Part shown: one piece after another, positions 44,328 through 59,315 of the stretch
How positions within the stretch are numbered: position 1 is the first letter of the stretch
Layout of the letters: each line of letters opens with the position of its first letter
The notes under the pieces: model-generated
Told to the model about the DNA's origin: nothing
What the model saw: the letters and a program-made list of their open reading frames with translations, nothing else
Databases searched by the model: none
Origin: Chrysomallon squamiferum
Taxonomy: Eukaryota; Animalia; Mollusca
DNA length: 64,000 nt
Assembly: GCA_012295275.1 (NCBI GenBank)
Contig: CM022675.1
Location: 13,144,001 to 13,208,000 of the forward strand
Reading direction: 5' to 3'
Program-made: the position numbers and the translations under genes

Positions 44328-44916
44328 ATAATCTCCCTCCATTTCACTCCCTGTCTATTTATTTGTGATATATGTCCGATATATAAATCACCGAAAATTC
44401 TTGAACGGTGACAGATTTCAATTTCGCGCTCTATATTCCTGGTACGTTATCTTGTCTTTTATTTAGTCTATTCTTCGTAACGCCTCGGCGGTTTCCGTCG
44501 TTCTAACAGTTGGTGCTGTTCCCATTGATTTTAGTCCATGCTACTCGAGGTTTCTTTTTTCGTTTTTTTTGTTAAAGTTTTGTTACCGTTTAAGAGTTAT
44601 GCCATGTTTTTAAATACAGCCGTAATAATAATAATAATAACAAAACAAATATTAATAATAATGATAATAAAACAAATATTAATAATAATGATAATAATAA
44701 CAATAACAATAAAATAATAATAACAGTAACAACAACAACAACGACAACAACAACAACAACAACAATAATAATAATAATAATAGCAGTAGCAACAGCAACA
44801 ACAGCAGCAGCCACAACAACAACAACAGTAATAATAATAATAATAATAATGTTCAGTTTTTCAAAAAGATGAATCTTTATGGTTTTATATCAATGGAAAA
44901 TAAATAAATAAATATA

Positions 44917-44947
<31 letters not shown>

Positions 44948-45270
44948 ATTATACCGCGTGTTTTGTCTGACTTCTGTCGAACGTCACAATAATCAGAGAT
45001 TTTACGACATTAACCAGACAAAAGGAAATGAATGTATTTGTATTAAACAAAAGTAAATTTCACGTGTAAGTGGAAACTGGAGTTTTACGTTCACGTTGTG
45101 TTTTCAAATAAAAATCTTTTAATTCTGAGTTTCCGTGATTCTCTTCACTTTTCAAAATGTCAGATTCCTGTTTAATCACTTCGGTCTTTCCAAGCATATC
45201 GTTTAAATGAATTTAAATAGTAAATGAAAGATTTTTGACGTTTTCATTTTTTTAAATTAATTTATTTATA

Positions 45271-45445
45271 CGGTTGTGTCGTGGTATTCGTCATCCGCCT
45301 TCCGAGTGCGGGCGAATGGGTGTCATAGGTTCGAGTCTCGTCAGCGGCATCTGACGGGTTTGTGAGGTCGTGATTGGACTTTGCGCCATTGCGTTCTCAT
45401 ATATTGTCTATGTACAGAGTCTAATCAGACGTACATAAGACACAG
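45271..45445 (+). mobile_element. tRNA-derived SINE (head plus body)
   Basis: Pol III B-box GGTTCGAGTCT at 45328-45338 and an A-box-like TGTCGTGGT near 45276. It is GC-rich, does not form a clean cloverleaf, and has a diverged second copy at 40368-40435 on the minus strand. The 3' boundary is approximate. Confidence 0.65.
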
Positions 45446-45806
45446 AATATTCAAATACTAAAATACGTACATATATATGTACGAACAAACACACAGATTC
45501 GCACATATACATACACTAAAATATATATGCACAAACGTGCACATAAACACAGACACATACATACCTACATAGCTACACACGTACACACCTACATACATAC
45601 ACTCACATATATACAGCAACATAACATATAAACATATACGCATATAAGAGATAAATAGATATTACAAGTTGTATTTGTGGTAGTAATGCTAGTGATAGCA
45701 GTAGAATCAGTAGTAGTAGGAGCAATAGTAGTAGTAGTGGTAGTAATAGTAATAGTAGCAGTAGTAGTAGTAACAACAACAGTCGGCTATAGCGTGTATA
45801 GTAGTG

Positions 45807-45837
<31 letters not shown>

Positions 45838-46833
45838 CAGCAGTAGCAGTAACAACTGCAGTCGGCTATAGCGTGTATAATTGTTTCAGTCAATTAAAAG
45901 AGAGGTCACACTGACAGTAAATAATCAGAAGATGAAAGCAAAGTCTGTGTAGGTTTTTGTCTCCTCGTTTCCTATGGTGTTTCGCCTGGCGTGGCTCCAG
46001 TTACGACATGACTCAGTCTGACAACTTCCTTTTAGGTCACGTGATCTTTTTCATCCTCAGATCAGTTCTATTTTCTTTCTGATGCTGTTATTGCAGCTAC
46101 TACAGCAGCTACTACTACTGTTAGTAGTCATACTACTGCTGCTATTATTAGTACTATTAGTATTATTACTAGTACTGTTATTATTATTATTACTAGTACT
46201 ATTATTATTATTATTGTTATTATTATTACTACTACTATTACTACTATTGTTACTAAATAATAATATCATTAACAATAACAACAAAAACAACAGTAATAAT
46301 AATAATAATAACTGTTGTAGTAGCAGCAGGAAGCTGCAGTAGTGATAGTAATAGTAGTAGTAATAATATTAGTAGTAATAGTAGTAGTAGTAGTAATATT
46401 AATAGTAATAGTAGTAGTAGTAATATTAGTAATAATAGTAGTAGTAGTAGTAATATTAGTAATAATAATAGTAGTAGTAGTAATAGTAGTATTAATCGGT
46501 ACTATAACGGCTGGTTATAATTCTGTTGTATAATTATTACAAGCAGAAGATATATTGTAACTACTATTACATCTAAACTAGCATTGCTACTACCTCAGTA
46601 CTTGTATTACTATTTAGTATTGGTATCAGTAGTAGTAGTGTCCGTACCACAATAAAACAAGAAAAATAAATTATAAGAATACAAAAATAAAAATACTATT
46701 ACTTTTGTTGGTGCTACTAATTCTAAAACTGCTGTAAATGTTACTGTTACTGCACTTGTTGCTACTTCTGTTATTGCAATAATAAATACTACTACCTAAA
46801 ACATCAGCAACAGAACATCTACTACTACTACTA

Positions 46834-46924
<91 letters not shown>

Positions 46925-48576
46925 AGACTGTCAGTAACAAGCTTATTCAGCCTGTTCGAGGAAAGATCTAACTGAAACATCTGCCGGCGCTAATTACTGA
47001 GACGTCTTCAAAACAACGCACCCAATCAAACCAGTGTTTTGTCTCACAAATTCTATTAATTATAACCGGAAGACAACGACTGGTGTTTCCTCAGTGTTCC
47101 GCTTGTAAGAAAGTATGTGACCGTATAACAGTTAACTGTGACACGATGATACATACAAAATGAACTGAAACGTTTCTTATTTTTTTTATTTTTTTTGCTG
47201 TGTTTTTTTGCTTTTTGTTTTTGTTTTGTTTATTTTCTGTGGGTCATATTATTAGTTTATGGCGATTTTCCTCGAACATGATTTTGTCTGTTACTCTGTC
47301 TGTCTGTCTGTATATTTATTTATTCTGTGAGTTTGAGTATGAACGTTACATTCAAATATTACTGTGATGATGCCTCCAGAATCTTACCAATAAACCATCT
47401 GAATACTCGACACGAAATACACATTCTATTCCTCTTTTGAAAAGCAGCTTCCCGATTATAAAACTATAATGATATTCATACAAAGATACACATTTATATA
47501 CACGTATACATACATTCGTACATACATGCAGAGACACGTGTTACAAAAACACGCACACGCACACACACACTATAATCGGCTTACGTTCATCCCTTAACTA
47601 AATACTAATTAACAAAGTACAGAAAGTCTTTCATTCACGACATCCTATTCTTCTTCTTCTTCTTCGTTTCGTTCATTTTAACTGCATTTCTTCTCAGCCT
47701 TTCTCTGTAACAATCGCTCGATTCAGACGTCCGTTATCTGGTAAGTATTTTAGTCTGTGCGCCGCTTAACGCATTCAGAAACACGTCTAGCGGGCGAACC
47801 AGGCGTCAAAAGACGTAACTAGCTAATTAGACGTCTTCACGAAGAACAGAGTCGAGTTGTGTAGGGAAGATAAAGATGTCACGTAGTCGCTTCTTTCTCA
47901 TGATAATTTTACACTGCTGTCCAGAATCGGTGTGTCGTGTCGATGGTGCTTTGATGCTGTTGTTGTCGTCGTTGTTGTTGCTTCTGTTGTTATTATTATT
48001 ATTATTATTATTATTGTTGTTGTTGTTGCTTTTTTGTTATCATCGTCATCATCATCATCATCATTATTATTATTATTATTATTTATTATTATTGTTTTTT
48101 TATTATTATTATTATTATTATTGTTATAATGCACCAACACCTGTTATTAGTTTTTATTACAACCACTAGTACAACCACTGCTGCTATTTCAACTTTTATT
48201 ATTACTATTAATATGGCAACAACTACTACTGCTACTGCTACTGCGGGTAGTATTTTTTAACATTAATGTATAATTGTTATTACTACTACTACTACTATTA
48301 CCACAATTTTTTCTACGTCATTTTGTTAATTACACCTATTTATGACGTCATAATGTAATTGTGACGACATCAGTTTGTTACTCTGTCTTGCGTCATTGCA
48401 TCTGATGTTTACAGTCATTTTAACACTAAAGCTTTGTCACAGTGACGTGATAAGTTATTTTATCTCCATGACGTTACAGCTAGGCGCAGCGTTTACTGTC
48501 GCCATGGTTTCCATCTGAAATAAGAATAAACTAACTTCTTTGTCGTTGCTGTTTCCTGCATTTCGTGTACTGCTTT

Positions 48577-48644
<68 letters not shown>

Positions 48645-49427
48645 TATTATGTATGTATGTATCTTTATGAATATTCAATAGATAGACAGATACTGTGAAA
48701 GGATATTTATTTATTATTATTAATATTACTACTACTACTACTACTACAGCTGCTATTAATACTGTTGTTGTCTGTTCGTAGTTTCATTATATTAAAGTTT
48801 TCATTTGGTGATTTATAAGGAACTGGGAATCGTGTTTCGCATTTCTTGGATTAGGAAGAGAGAAAAAAAAAAAAAAAAAAAAAAAAAACGAAATCAAATA
48901 AATGAAATTGTCTGAAAACTAACAAATGTAAGTCCAGCAGGAATTTAAAATAACAATAGAAAATCTTTAGAAGAAGAAGGAGGAACAGAAGAAGAAGAAG
49001 AAGATGAAGAAGAAGAAGAAGAAGAAGAAGAAGAAGAAGAAGAAGAAGAAGAAAACGCAACAGAAAATTAAGACGGAGAAATGAAAGAAGAAAACTGAAA
49101 AGGCTGAATCAATAATTGTTAACAGCAAAAAAAGGAAATAACGGACAGGATGATGGATGGACGAGTGGGTAAAAGGATGGTGGAAGATTACAAGGAAAAT
49201 AATAACTGAATTTGATATGCACAGTGTAAAACACGACCTGAGTGACCCGACACGCACGTAAATAATCGTTTCCTCTCTCTGCAACGGTGACTACTGCATT
49301 CAGGGGCAACCTACAGTGGCCCGAAGGAGCAGCAAAAGTGACGTCAACGACAACCCACAGTGCCATAAACATCGAACAATAATCAGAATGTTACGTAATG
49401 AAAGAAAAAGCTAAAGAGGTCGGCATT

Positions 49428-49461
<34 letters not shown>

Positions 49462-49476
49462 ATATATATTAGTAAC

Positions 49477-49510
<34 letters not shown>

Positions 49511-49521
49511 ATAATAATAAC

Positions 49522-49564
<43 letters not shown>

Positions 49565-50129
49565 ACAGCAGTAACAATTATACAGTAATGATAGAAATAC
49601 AATATACACTATACATTATACAATATAAAACAGCCGTAAGAAAAAGCGACCTCTAACGGCGAGGTACATGAGCGAGTAAACTGAAGTGAAACGGGGTGTG
49701 TAGGACTTGGACTAAGTGATGACGTCACAGATTACTCTACAGAAAGGAAAGTTGTGTCGCTCAGGGCTGTTTTGTGTGTGACGTCAGTGATTTCAGACTC
49801 GAGTTTCTACTTCTGCGCGGTCTTCGTTTCAAACACAGACATGGCACTGTGTTTGCAGAGTGTTAGAGTTACACGCTGAATGATGTTGACAGTGATATGT
49901 TTGAAGAAGTGAAAGCTGAAAGAAACTGGGGTTAAATAATTCAAAAAAAAAATTAAAATAAAAAAATGTGCCGTTTTTAGCTTGCATGGAGTTTATTAAT
50001 TCCAAAAAAAATAATAATAATAATAATAAAATAAAATAAAATAGAATTATTTGTTTGTATTTTATAATTTTATTCTTTATTTGTTTGTTTGTTTGTTTGT
50101 TTGTTTGTTTGTTTGTTTGTTTGTTTATT

Positions 50130-50173
<44 letters not shown>

Positions 50174-50817
50174 CATTAGTTGTAGTAGTAGTAGTAATAT
50201 CATTATTGTTCTTGTTACTATTATTATTGTTGTTGTTGTTGTTGTCATGTTCAGCTTTGAATGGTTGGTGTACGGATTAGTACTAAACTGTTACAAAAGT
50301 CTTGAATACAGTCTAGATAAATTCCTCAACACAACGTCATGACCTACAAATAAAACGTGAAGAACCAAAGCTCTTCGACTTCTTATTCTTTATTATTAGC
50401 AAACGTTGAGCAAGACAAAATATCTCAAACGGGACAATATATTGGAAATTTAATTCAGTGTATTTCATAATCTTATTTGTGTCGCAACTCTGCCGCGGTG
50501 TGGTGGTCATAACAGGAAATCAAACATACCAATCCGCTGGCGTGAATCGAACTCTGGACCCTCCCTGTCTGAGAACAACTTCCGCTTCTACAAGCGAGTA
50601 CAAGAAATATCCATTTCTCTGTGATGTTTCTAGAGATTGGTTCTGAAACGTTGAACTCGGATATAAAAGATTCGCTCGTCGACTGATGATTGCACGAAAC
50701 TCAATCAATACACGATTTACTAGTTGTAATAAAATATCTTTTACTGCTTTACAAGTAAATTAAATTCTGCAGTTTAATAGAAACAACAGTAATAGTAGTA
50801 ATAGTAATAATAATACT

Positions 50818-50848
<31 letters not shown>

Positions 50849-50908
50849 GAAGTAGTAGTAGTAGCAGTCGCTGCAACAGTAGTAGTACTAATAGCAGGGT
50901 TTTATTAC

Positions 50909-51026
<118 letters not shown>

Positions 51027-52981
51027 GTTATATTTGTTGTTCCTGTTGTCATTAAAAACAAGACCGTCAGTATTTAAGCACTTTATCAAGAATTACTAAA
51101 TAATTAAAATGCTTTCCATTTTGTTTTTGTTTTTTTAAATCCATTAAAATAATTAAGCACCAAGTCGCAGAGTCATTACACAGAAATCTGAGATTTTGAA
51201 AAGTGTAGAGAAACATGCAAACTCAGGCTTAATTCCCTTCTTATTTTTATTTTAAACCTGTACATGTACGTGTGTCAGCGCTGTTAAGCTTCCATTTTCC
51301 ACATACACATGAAATTACTTTTGTTTAATGATATCTTTATACAAATACATTAGTTTTCTTTTATCAGTTAAATGTCGTAAAAATGTCTGGTTATTGTAAT
51401 TTTTCGTAGTACTTAGACCAAACATAAAATATTTTGTTTATTTATTTATTTGTTTGTTTATTTATTTACTTACTTATTTACTTGTTTACTAACTTACTTA
51501 TTTAATTATTTACTTACTCACTTCCTTAAAATATACAATGCCGTATAGATTACACACGTATCACGAAATCTACTGTAGAGGGCAGACAGTCAAAAAGAAT
51601 CCACAGAAGAGAAACGTGGTTTAAATACAACATCCAGTTCTCTCTGTACAATCTCGACGTTGAAGATGTATTTAATATCTCAACTAACCAGTAGCTGTAA
51701 CAACGTCGTGGTTCTTTGCTGAAGGCGATGAAGTCGTGAACAAATATTTTCACTTCAAAGAGACCCGCGCCGTTAACCTTGAGTCTATCTTTGTCCAGTT
51801 TGATCGGCCAAGTATTCTACTGTTTAGAATGTCTCTGTTGCACCTACTATACCTAGATCGAGGCCCTGACGTCAGACCAGTTTCATTTCCAAAACGCTGT
51901 GACGTGATTTAAATGGCCGATGTTTTAGAAACGCATAAATGGAACACTTTCGTGGCGTAGTTCGCTCTTTCCTGAGCTTTGTTCGGCTAGTTTTGTTTTC
52001 ATTTGAGTAGAATTTGTCTCTGTGATAGAAAACAGTGAGGAAGAGAGGTGTTTCAAAAACCAGAGATCCTATGTACGAAAATGATTAAAGTCTTTCTTGA
52101 TAAAACTTTAGCTAGGTATTTTTCTTGAAGCAGGTACAAAATAGCATCTTCCGACATTAGGATTTAAAGTGTTCCTGTGAGTTGTTGTTCGTCCGTTTTA
52201 TACATTTTCCAGAATAAAACAATTTCAGTTATTTAATAATGTCATCAAAATCTATGGACCTGTTTTCTACATTATGAAAAAAAAAAAAAGAAAAAAAAAG
52301 AGTAAAAAACAGAAAATAGAATTATATGATTTGTCAGTAAGGATTGTAAATAAACTATTATCGCCTCATGTTAGGTCACCTGATCAAAATACTTCCATTT
52401 GATTGGATGTTTAGTTTACTTTCCATTTCAGGGCAATACTATATGTATGTGTATGTTTTCCTGCATTTTGAGACATTTTTTTTAAATGTTACCTCGAGCT
52501 GTCATTCTGTTACATTGTTTTCATTCTTAGAAAATTCTCATTAATTTAACTGCAAGTCTACCAGAAAATATGCATCTTTTCCCTGTATATTTGTTATAAA
52601 AAGAAGAAGAAGAAGAAAAGAAAACAAGAACGCCTTTGTCTTTTTTTTTATATAAACTAAAAATTCATAATTTTTACAATAATAATAATAATAATAATAA
52701 TTATATTATTATTATTATTATTTTATTATTATTATTATTACTGCATACAATTACTACTATTGTTATTTTTACTGCTACTAGTTTATTGCTAATGTCACTG
52801 CTATTAATACTTTGCTGCTACAACAACAACACATACTACTACTACAGTTTCTTCTTCTACAACTACTACAAGTAATTTATTTATATTCGATAGCAAAATA
52901 GACTAAAACAGTAAAAGTTTCTGACCGAAATAATCCACTGCTCCATAATGACGTCTGCCATTTTTACAGTAATTTCTTTCA

Positions 52982-53025
52982 TGACGTAATTAGCTGTGAC
53001 CTTTGACCTGGTGTCTATGACGTCA
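52982..53025. promoter_or_regulatory. Motif cluster: TGACGTAA, perfect DR1 (TGACCTTTGACCT) and CRE (TGACGTCA)
   Basis: TGACGTAA at 52982-52989, DR1 at 52997-53009 and CRE at 53018-53025, all within 44 nt. Confidence 0.4.
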
Positions 53026-53726
53026 TATCTGTCTTAATTCTGTAATGGGATTAGAAAATGTTTTGAGTTTGGTAATTCGAACATTTATTTATTTATTTTT
53101 ATTTTTATTTTTTTCATTTATTTATATATTTATAGGCTGTCGTGAACTTATTTCTATTTTTAGATCCTCCAGTCATCATTTTAATCCTTAATTTTGTTAA
53201 TTAGAACTGATATTATCGTTACCTACTCGTATCAAACATATGCTACTATTAAAACGTTTTCAAATGTTGTCAAACATTTTTTTCATCCACTGAGACGCAC
53301 ACATACAAACACACACACGCACCAACATACTCACACATTAAAAAAAAACAAAAAAAAAAAAAAAAAAAAATCAAATCCCCAAAAACTATAAAAACGAAAG
53401 CAATGATTGAATCTTTTCTTGTATAATTGTTGTCTTTCTTTTCATTTTTTCTTTTCCGTTCTTTTCACTTTCTCTTTCTCTAATTTAATTAAGCAGAAGG
53501 AAGATTACCATCCGTGACAAATTGTTTGAAAGTATTTCACAATTAAACCACAGCTCAGAGAGAGGCCATTCTGAAGAAAATAAATACGTCTTCTGCGTTG
53601 AAGAGTTCAGATGTCTAACTGTTTTCATCAAGAGTAGTCTATTCTTGAATTATTTATTTAATAATTTTATTTTATTTAATTAATTAATTAAATTTCTTTA
53701 TTTATTTCGTTTCTTTATTTTAATTA

Positions 53727-53798
<72 letters not shown>

Positions 53799-54039
53799 TT
53801 TGTGATTTTCTTTACTTTTTATTCATTCATTCATTGATTACTTTTTCTTATATTTTTGTTTCAACATTTATTTTTCATTCTTTTATTTATTCGTTGTTTC
53901 TATTTATCTCTGTCTTTATTTATTAAATTCGGTGGGTTCTGGTGTGTGTGTATGTGGGGGTTTTGGTATATATTTCAATTAATTTATTGTTTATTTCTTT
54001 ATTTCTTTATTTATTTTTTTACTTATTTACTTGCTTTAT

Positions 54040-54325
54040 ATATTTATTACTTATTTACTTATTTACTTTCTTTCTTATTTGCTTGCTTACTTACTTATTT
54101 AATTAATACTTATTTACTTTCTTACTTACTATTTACTTACTACTTATTTACTTTCTTACTTACTTATTTACTTACTATTTATTTACTTTCTTACTTACTT
54201 ACTTATTTACTTACTACTTATTTACTTTCTTACTTACTTACTTATTTACTTACTACTTATTTACTTTCATACTTACTTACTTATTTACTTACTACTTATT
54301 TACTTACTTACTTACTTACTTACTA
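54040..54325. repeat. TTAC/TTAT-derived ~40-bp minisatellite
   Basis: Repeated ttatttactttcttacttacttacttatttacttactac. Confidence 0.8.
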
Positions 54326-54701
54326 ACCATAGATATCTCGATCGTGTCCTCATATTTCACCAGTTTAATTACCTTTATTTTTGTACGGAACAATGATTAA
54401 TTATAGATCTAAACTTAAGTTCTCTGTTTCAGTTTTCTCCCCAGTTATACCATTTAATCGCATATCATTTCAGTAGTACGTAACTGAGATATTTTAGACG
54501 ATTCTGTTGGGTCTTTAGAGTTATTATTGTACAAGGCGTTGATCAACAATTTCAGAAATAGACGCTATCGGGTCACGAAACAGAATTTTGAAGGTGAAAT
54601 GATTTTCATTACAAAATTAGATAAGAAAACACAGAAAAGAAAACTTGTGTCTTGTGGATTTGTATGATTACGTTGGGTTTTGGGGACTCTTTGTTTTTAT
54701 G

Positions 54702-54733
<32 letters not shown>

Positions 54734-54799
54734 AATCTGCATAGCAAAATGAATTAATTTAAATGTATTTGTTTATCTATTTGATTTGCTCGTTTACTT

Positions 54800-54870
<71 letters not shown>

Positions 54871-54916
54871 CTCTCTCTCTGTGTCTCTCTCTCCTTCCCT
54901 CTGTAACTCTCTCTCC

Positions 54917-55001
<85 letters not shown>

Positions 55002-56102
55002 TTTTTTTTTCCTTATATTAATCTGTTACGCGATCAGGATCTAATTTAAATCTATTTTTTCACATTTCCAGTTTTAGCCCGACAATTACAGTGCATCGCC
55101 TACCAGGAACGAAAACGTGAAAGCCGACATTTTAGGTCATGTCTCACGTATGCTGTTGCTGCTGCTGCTAATATTGATGACGATGATGATAACGATGATG
55201 GATTATCATGAAGACGATGATGGATGATCAGGAGTAATCGACCAAGAAAATATATGAATGATTAGGATAATGTTAACGTCATATGTAAAAGGAATGTGGA
55301 CGTAAATGATGATGATGATGAAGATGATAATGATGATGATGATGAAATAAAATACTGGTAGGAGTAGTAGTAGAGGTGCCAGTGGTAGTAGTGGTAGTAA
55401 GATTTGTGGTGGTGGTATTAGTAGTAGTAATATAAATAATAAAATAATATAGTCATAATAATAATGATGATAATAATAATAATAATAGCAGTAGTAGTTA
55501 ACAGAAGTAGTAATAGCAGTAGTAGTTAGTAGTAACAATAATAGCTGTAGTACTAGTATCAGTAGTACTAGTTGCTGTAATGGTGGTTGTACTATTAGTA
55601 TAAGTAGTAATACTAGTAGTAGTAGAATTAATAGGCTTAAAAGCTACATTAGTAATATTACTCATATGTATTGTAGTAATAGCTATTGTTGTTGTTGTTG
55701 AAGTAATAATAATAAAATGGTCATATGAAAGTTTTTTTTTTCTTCTTTTTCGTATTTAACTATCAATCATACATCTTGATTTATGTGTTATTCTCTCTCT
55801 CTCTCTGTCTCTCTCTCTCATAAAAAACACTGAATATACTTGGCGTATGCTGTATCGATTATTACAAAATGATACGCTAAGCCTGCAGTGTCATTTTGCC
55901 GCAGAACCCGAGAGAAATGGCGAAACGAAGCCGCCATCACTATCTGTAGCAATTGATTTCCTTCCATTACACACGCAGCTCCGCTGATTTCAGATGAGCG
56001 CGAGCAAGTAAGCAGATATGACTTGGAAACGCGGCTATGGATTTGTACGTTGTCGAGACACGGAATCAGCAGACAGGTAAAACTTTCATTTCTTACCTTT
56101 AA

Positions 56103-56174
<72 letters not shown>

Positions 56175-56674
56175 TGTTATTATTATTATTATTATTATTA
56201 TTGTTATTGTTAATGTTGTTGTTGTTTTTGATGTTGCTGTTGTTGTTATTGTTGTTAATATGATAATCATTATTATTATCATCATCATCGTTATCATCAT
56301 CATAATTCATTCATTTATTCATTCATTCATTCATTACGGTGTACTTTTCTGTTGAAATTTTTGACTGAAGAAATTCTGTTGGCTGTCTTGTAATGTACCG
56401 CTGGATTCCTTTATTTAATTCCTTTATTTTTTTTTATTTTTGGTAAACGAAATAAATAAATAAAATGAAATAAAACCCCAAACTGTGTGTTGACATCTCC
56501 GTACTGATAGTATGACTTGTCTCTTTTCTTGTTTTCTTTATCTATATTTTGATTTTAATTCTTTTTAGTTTTTTCTTTTTATCTTTGGAATTTGATTTTC
56601 TTTGTTTCTTAATTTTCATAACGTTATTCTTTGTTATTCTTTTCTTTTTTTTCCATTCTTCCGCTCTTTCTTTG

Positions 56675-56714
<40 letters not shown>

Positions 56715-57135
56715 TATTATTATTACTATTATTACTATTATTATTTTTATTATTGTTGCTATTATTACTGTTATTACTATTTTTTTTCTTTATTTTCTTT
56801 CGACTATTTTTTAATAAATCTTTTCTTCTTTTTTTCCCTTTTTGGCATTTTTTCTTTTTATCATTTTATTTCATGTTTTCTTTCATTTCTTTTATCTGTT
56901 TTCTTGTTCCCTTCTTTTTGTCTTTTTTCTTTTTCTTCTAATTTTTATCTTTCTTTTTTCTTTCCTTTATTACCTTCGTTTCCTTCTTCATAAATATAAA
57001 AATTTAAAAATGTCACTTCGAAAGCGAAACAGGATTAGCAGACACGTGAATACGCATTTCGTTAAAGTCTTCCGCGAAAATGTACATCTAGAACTAATCA
57101 TTAACGTAAAATAAAAAGTAAAATTAGAGAGATAA

Positions 57136-57311
<176 letters not shown>

Positions 57312-57977
57312 TTATTATATTACCCTGGATCTGTCAAGCTTAACACTGTATATCAAAGTTTATTACTAAGAAGACATTATCATGTTTTATGCTTTACGAA
57401 TTTCTGCTCTCAAACAGAAAGTTCCTAAAATTAATTCGTGAACTACGATATTGAAATCTGGACCTATTTTGTATCATCATCTGTTTCTAACGTGATATTT
57501 TTGTAACGCTGTTCGTTATTAAGTTAGTGTGATAACGTTCCACAATAACTTTAATATGATAATGATCGAGATTAATTTGTTACGTTAGCGTTGGATATTA
57601 TTTTGTTACAACAACGTTCGAGCTATGTTTCACTAGAAAAAATAATATTATTTTATGTTAAAACGAGCGAACTGAAATGCGTACAGAAAATAGAATTATA
57701 TGAAATACAGAGAATATGTAAAAACCACTTAACAAATTATCCACGTCAAATCGCTGGTCAGTATCAAAATTGAAAAGAAAAATAAACAAAATAATTCTTA
57801 ATGAATTATATGTGTATATATACACACACATACACATATAGTAACGTTATGTAAAACAATATCATTCATTTACCATACATAAAAGAACATATACACACTA
57901 ACACACTTCTACGCAAGACACAAACACCTGCATACATACTTACATACGTACACAGACATGTACATACAAACATACTT

Positions 57978-58013
<36 letters not shown>

Positions 58014-58446
58014 ACGGAGGGACACGCGTTAGGTTACGTTATTCTTCTCCTTATTCATTTATGACAATATCTCTGTTGTCATCACGTCGTATTAAACTTC
58101 TAACAGAAAACAACGAAGGTAAACTTGCCTTTAAAACAAACCATTTTTGCCTTCTTGTAATTTTGTATTTATCCTTATTTTTACCTTTTTCATATGTTTT
58201 TTTGTATTTTTCTCTCTTTTCAATCACTTTGATCCTACGATGCCTTTGTAGACTGGTTCCTAAATACCGTTACGAAAACAAGAATAACGTTCGCATTCTA
58301 ATAGAAACATAATTGCGATAATTATTATTATTACTGCTATAGATAAAATAGTCTGCTTCACACAAAACATTTTCCATTCATGTTCACGAAAATAGTGTGC
58401 GAATGCGGGATGTCATGTGGCTAATTTATTTTTAGTATAAATTTTA

Positions 58447-58683
58447 ACAGTAAAAATAATGTGTTGTTATACAGTAAAAATAATGTGTTGTTGTTACAGT
58501 AAAATAATGTGCTGTGTAGTAAAATAACGTGTTGTTACGCAGTAAACTAATGTGTTGTATAGTAAAACACTGTATTGTATAGTAAAATACTGTATTGTTT
58601 TACAGGGAAAAAAAATGTGTTACTGTACACTAAAATAATGTGTTGTTACACAGTAAAATAATGTGTTGTTACACAGTAAAATA
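58447..58683. repeat. ~20-24-bp tandem repeat (cagtaaaataatgtgttgtta)
   Basis: About 10 diverged copies read directly. Confidence 0.85.
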
Positions 58684-59279
58684 AATGCTATTATAAGGGA
58701 AACACAGAAAGGGCTCAGAAGATGATTTTTTTCCCTAACAGAGGTTGTTCATTTTACGTAGTCGCTATTATGACGTCATAAGTATGCCTGCAGGACAGAA
58801 CTAATAGAATGTAGCTCGGCTCATTATCCAAACTAATGTAATACATTATTCAGTTGTGACGTCATAAACGTAGCTATAGCCTTGAACAATTACATGGTGT
58901 GTGTGTGTAATTATTAGGCAGGTAAAAGAAAACAAGCTCAGACCTTATTTTATTTATCCGGTTTCTTAACTGCGTAAATAAAAGATTATCTCTGAAACTC
59001 ACTTTATTTAGTTCTCGTTAGCAATACTATTTTTAGTGTGTTTTTTTTTTTTTGTGGGGTTATTTATTTATTTTTGTTTTATTTTTTTTATTTTTTTTTT
59101 TTGTTGTCTTTTTAGTTGTTTTTCTTAGTTTTTGTTTTCTTAGTTCTCACGCTTCTTGCCTGCTTTTGATGGAATTACTACTATTACTTCCACTAGTACT
59201 AATTTCATTTGCCGTTCATATAATAATAACAGCAACAACGACGAAGACGACAACAACATCATAAATATAGTTAAGCATA

Positions 59280-59315
<36 letters not shown>

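Noticed and set aside
45271-45350. Possible tRNA gene
   Set aside because: A B-box is present but there are no consistent acceptor or anticodon stems. The diverged second copy points to a SINE.
58447-58683. CRISPR-like regular repeats
   Set aside because: The units are contiguous with no unique spacers, there are no cas genes, and the context is eukaryotic.
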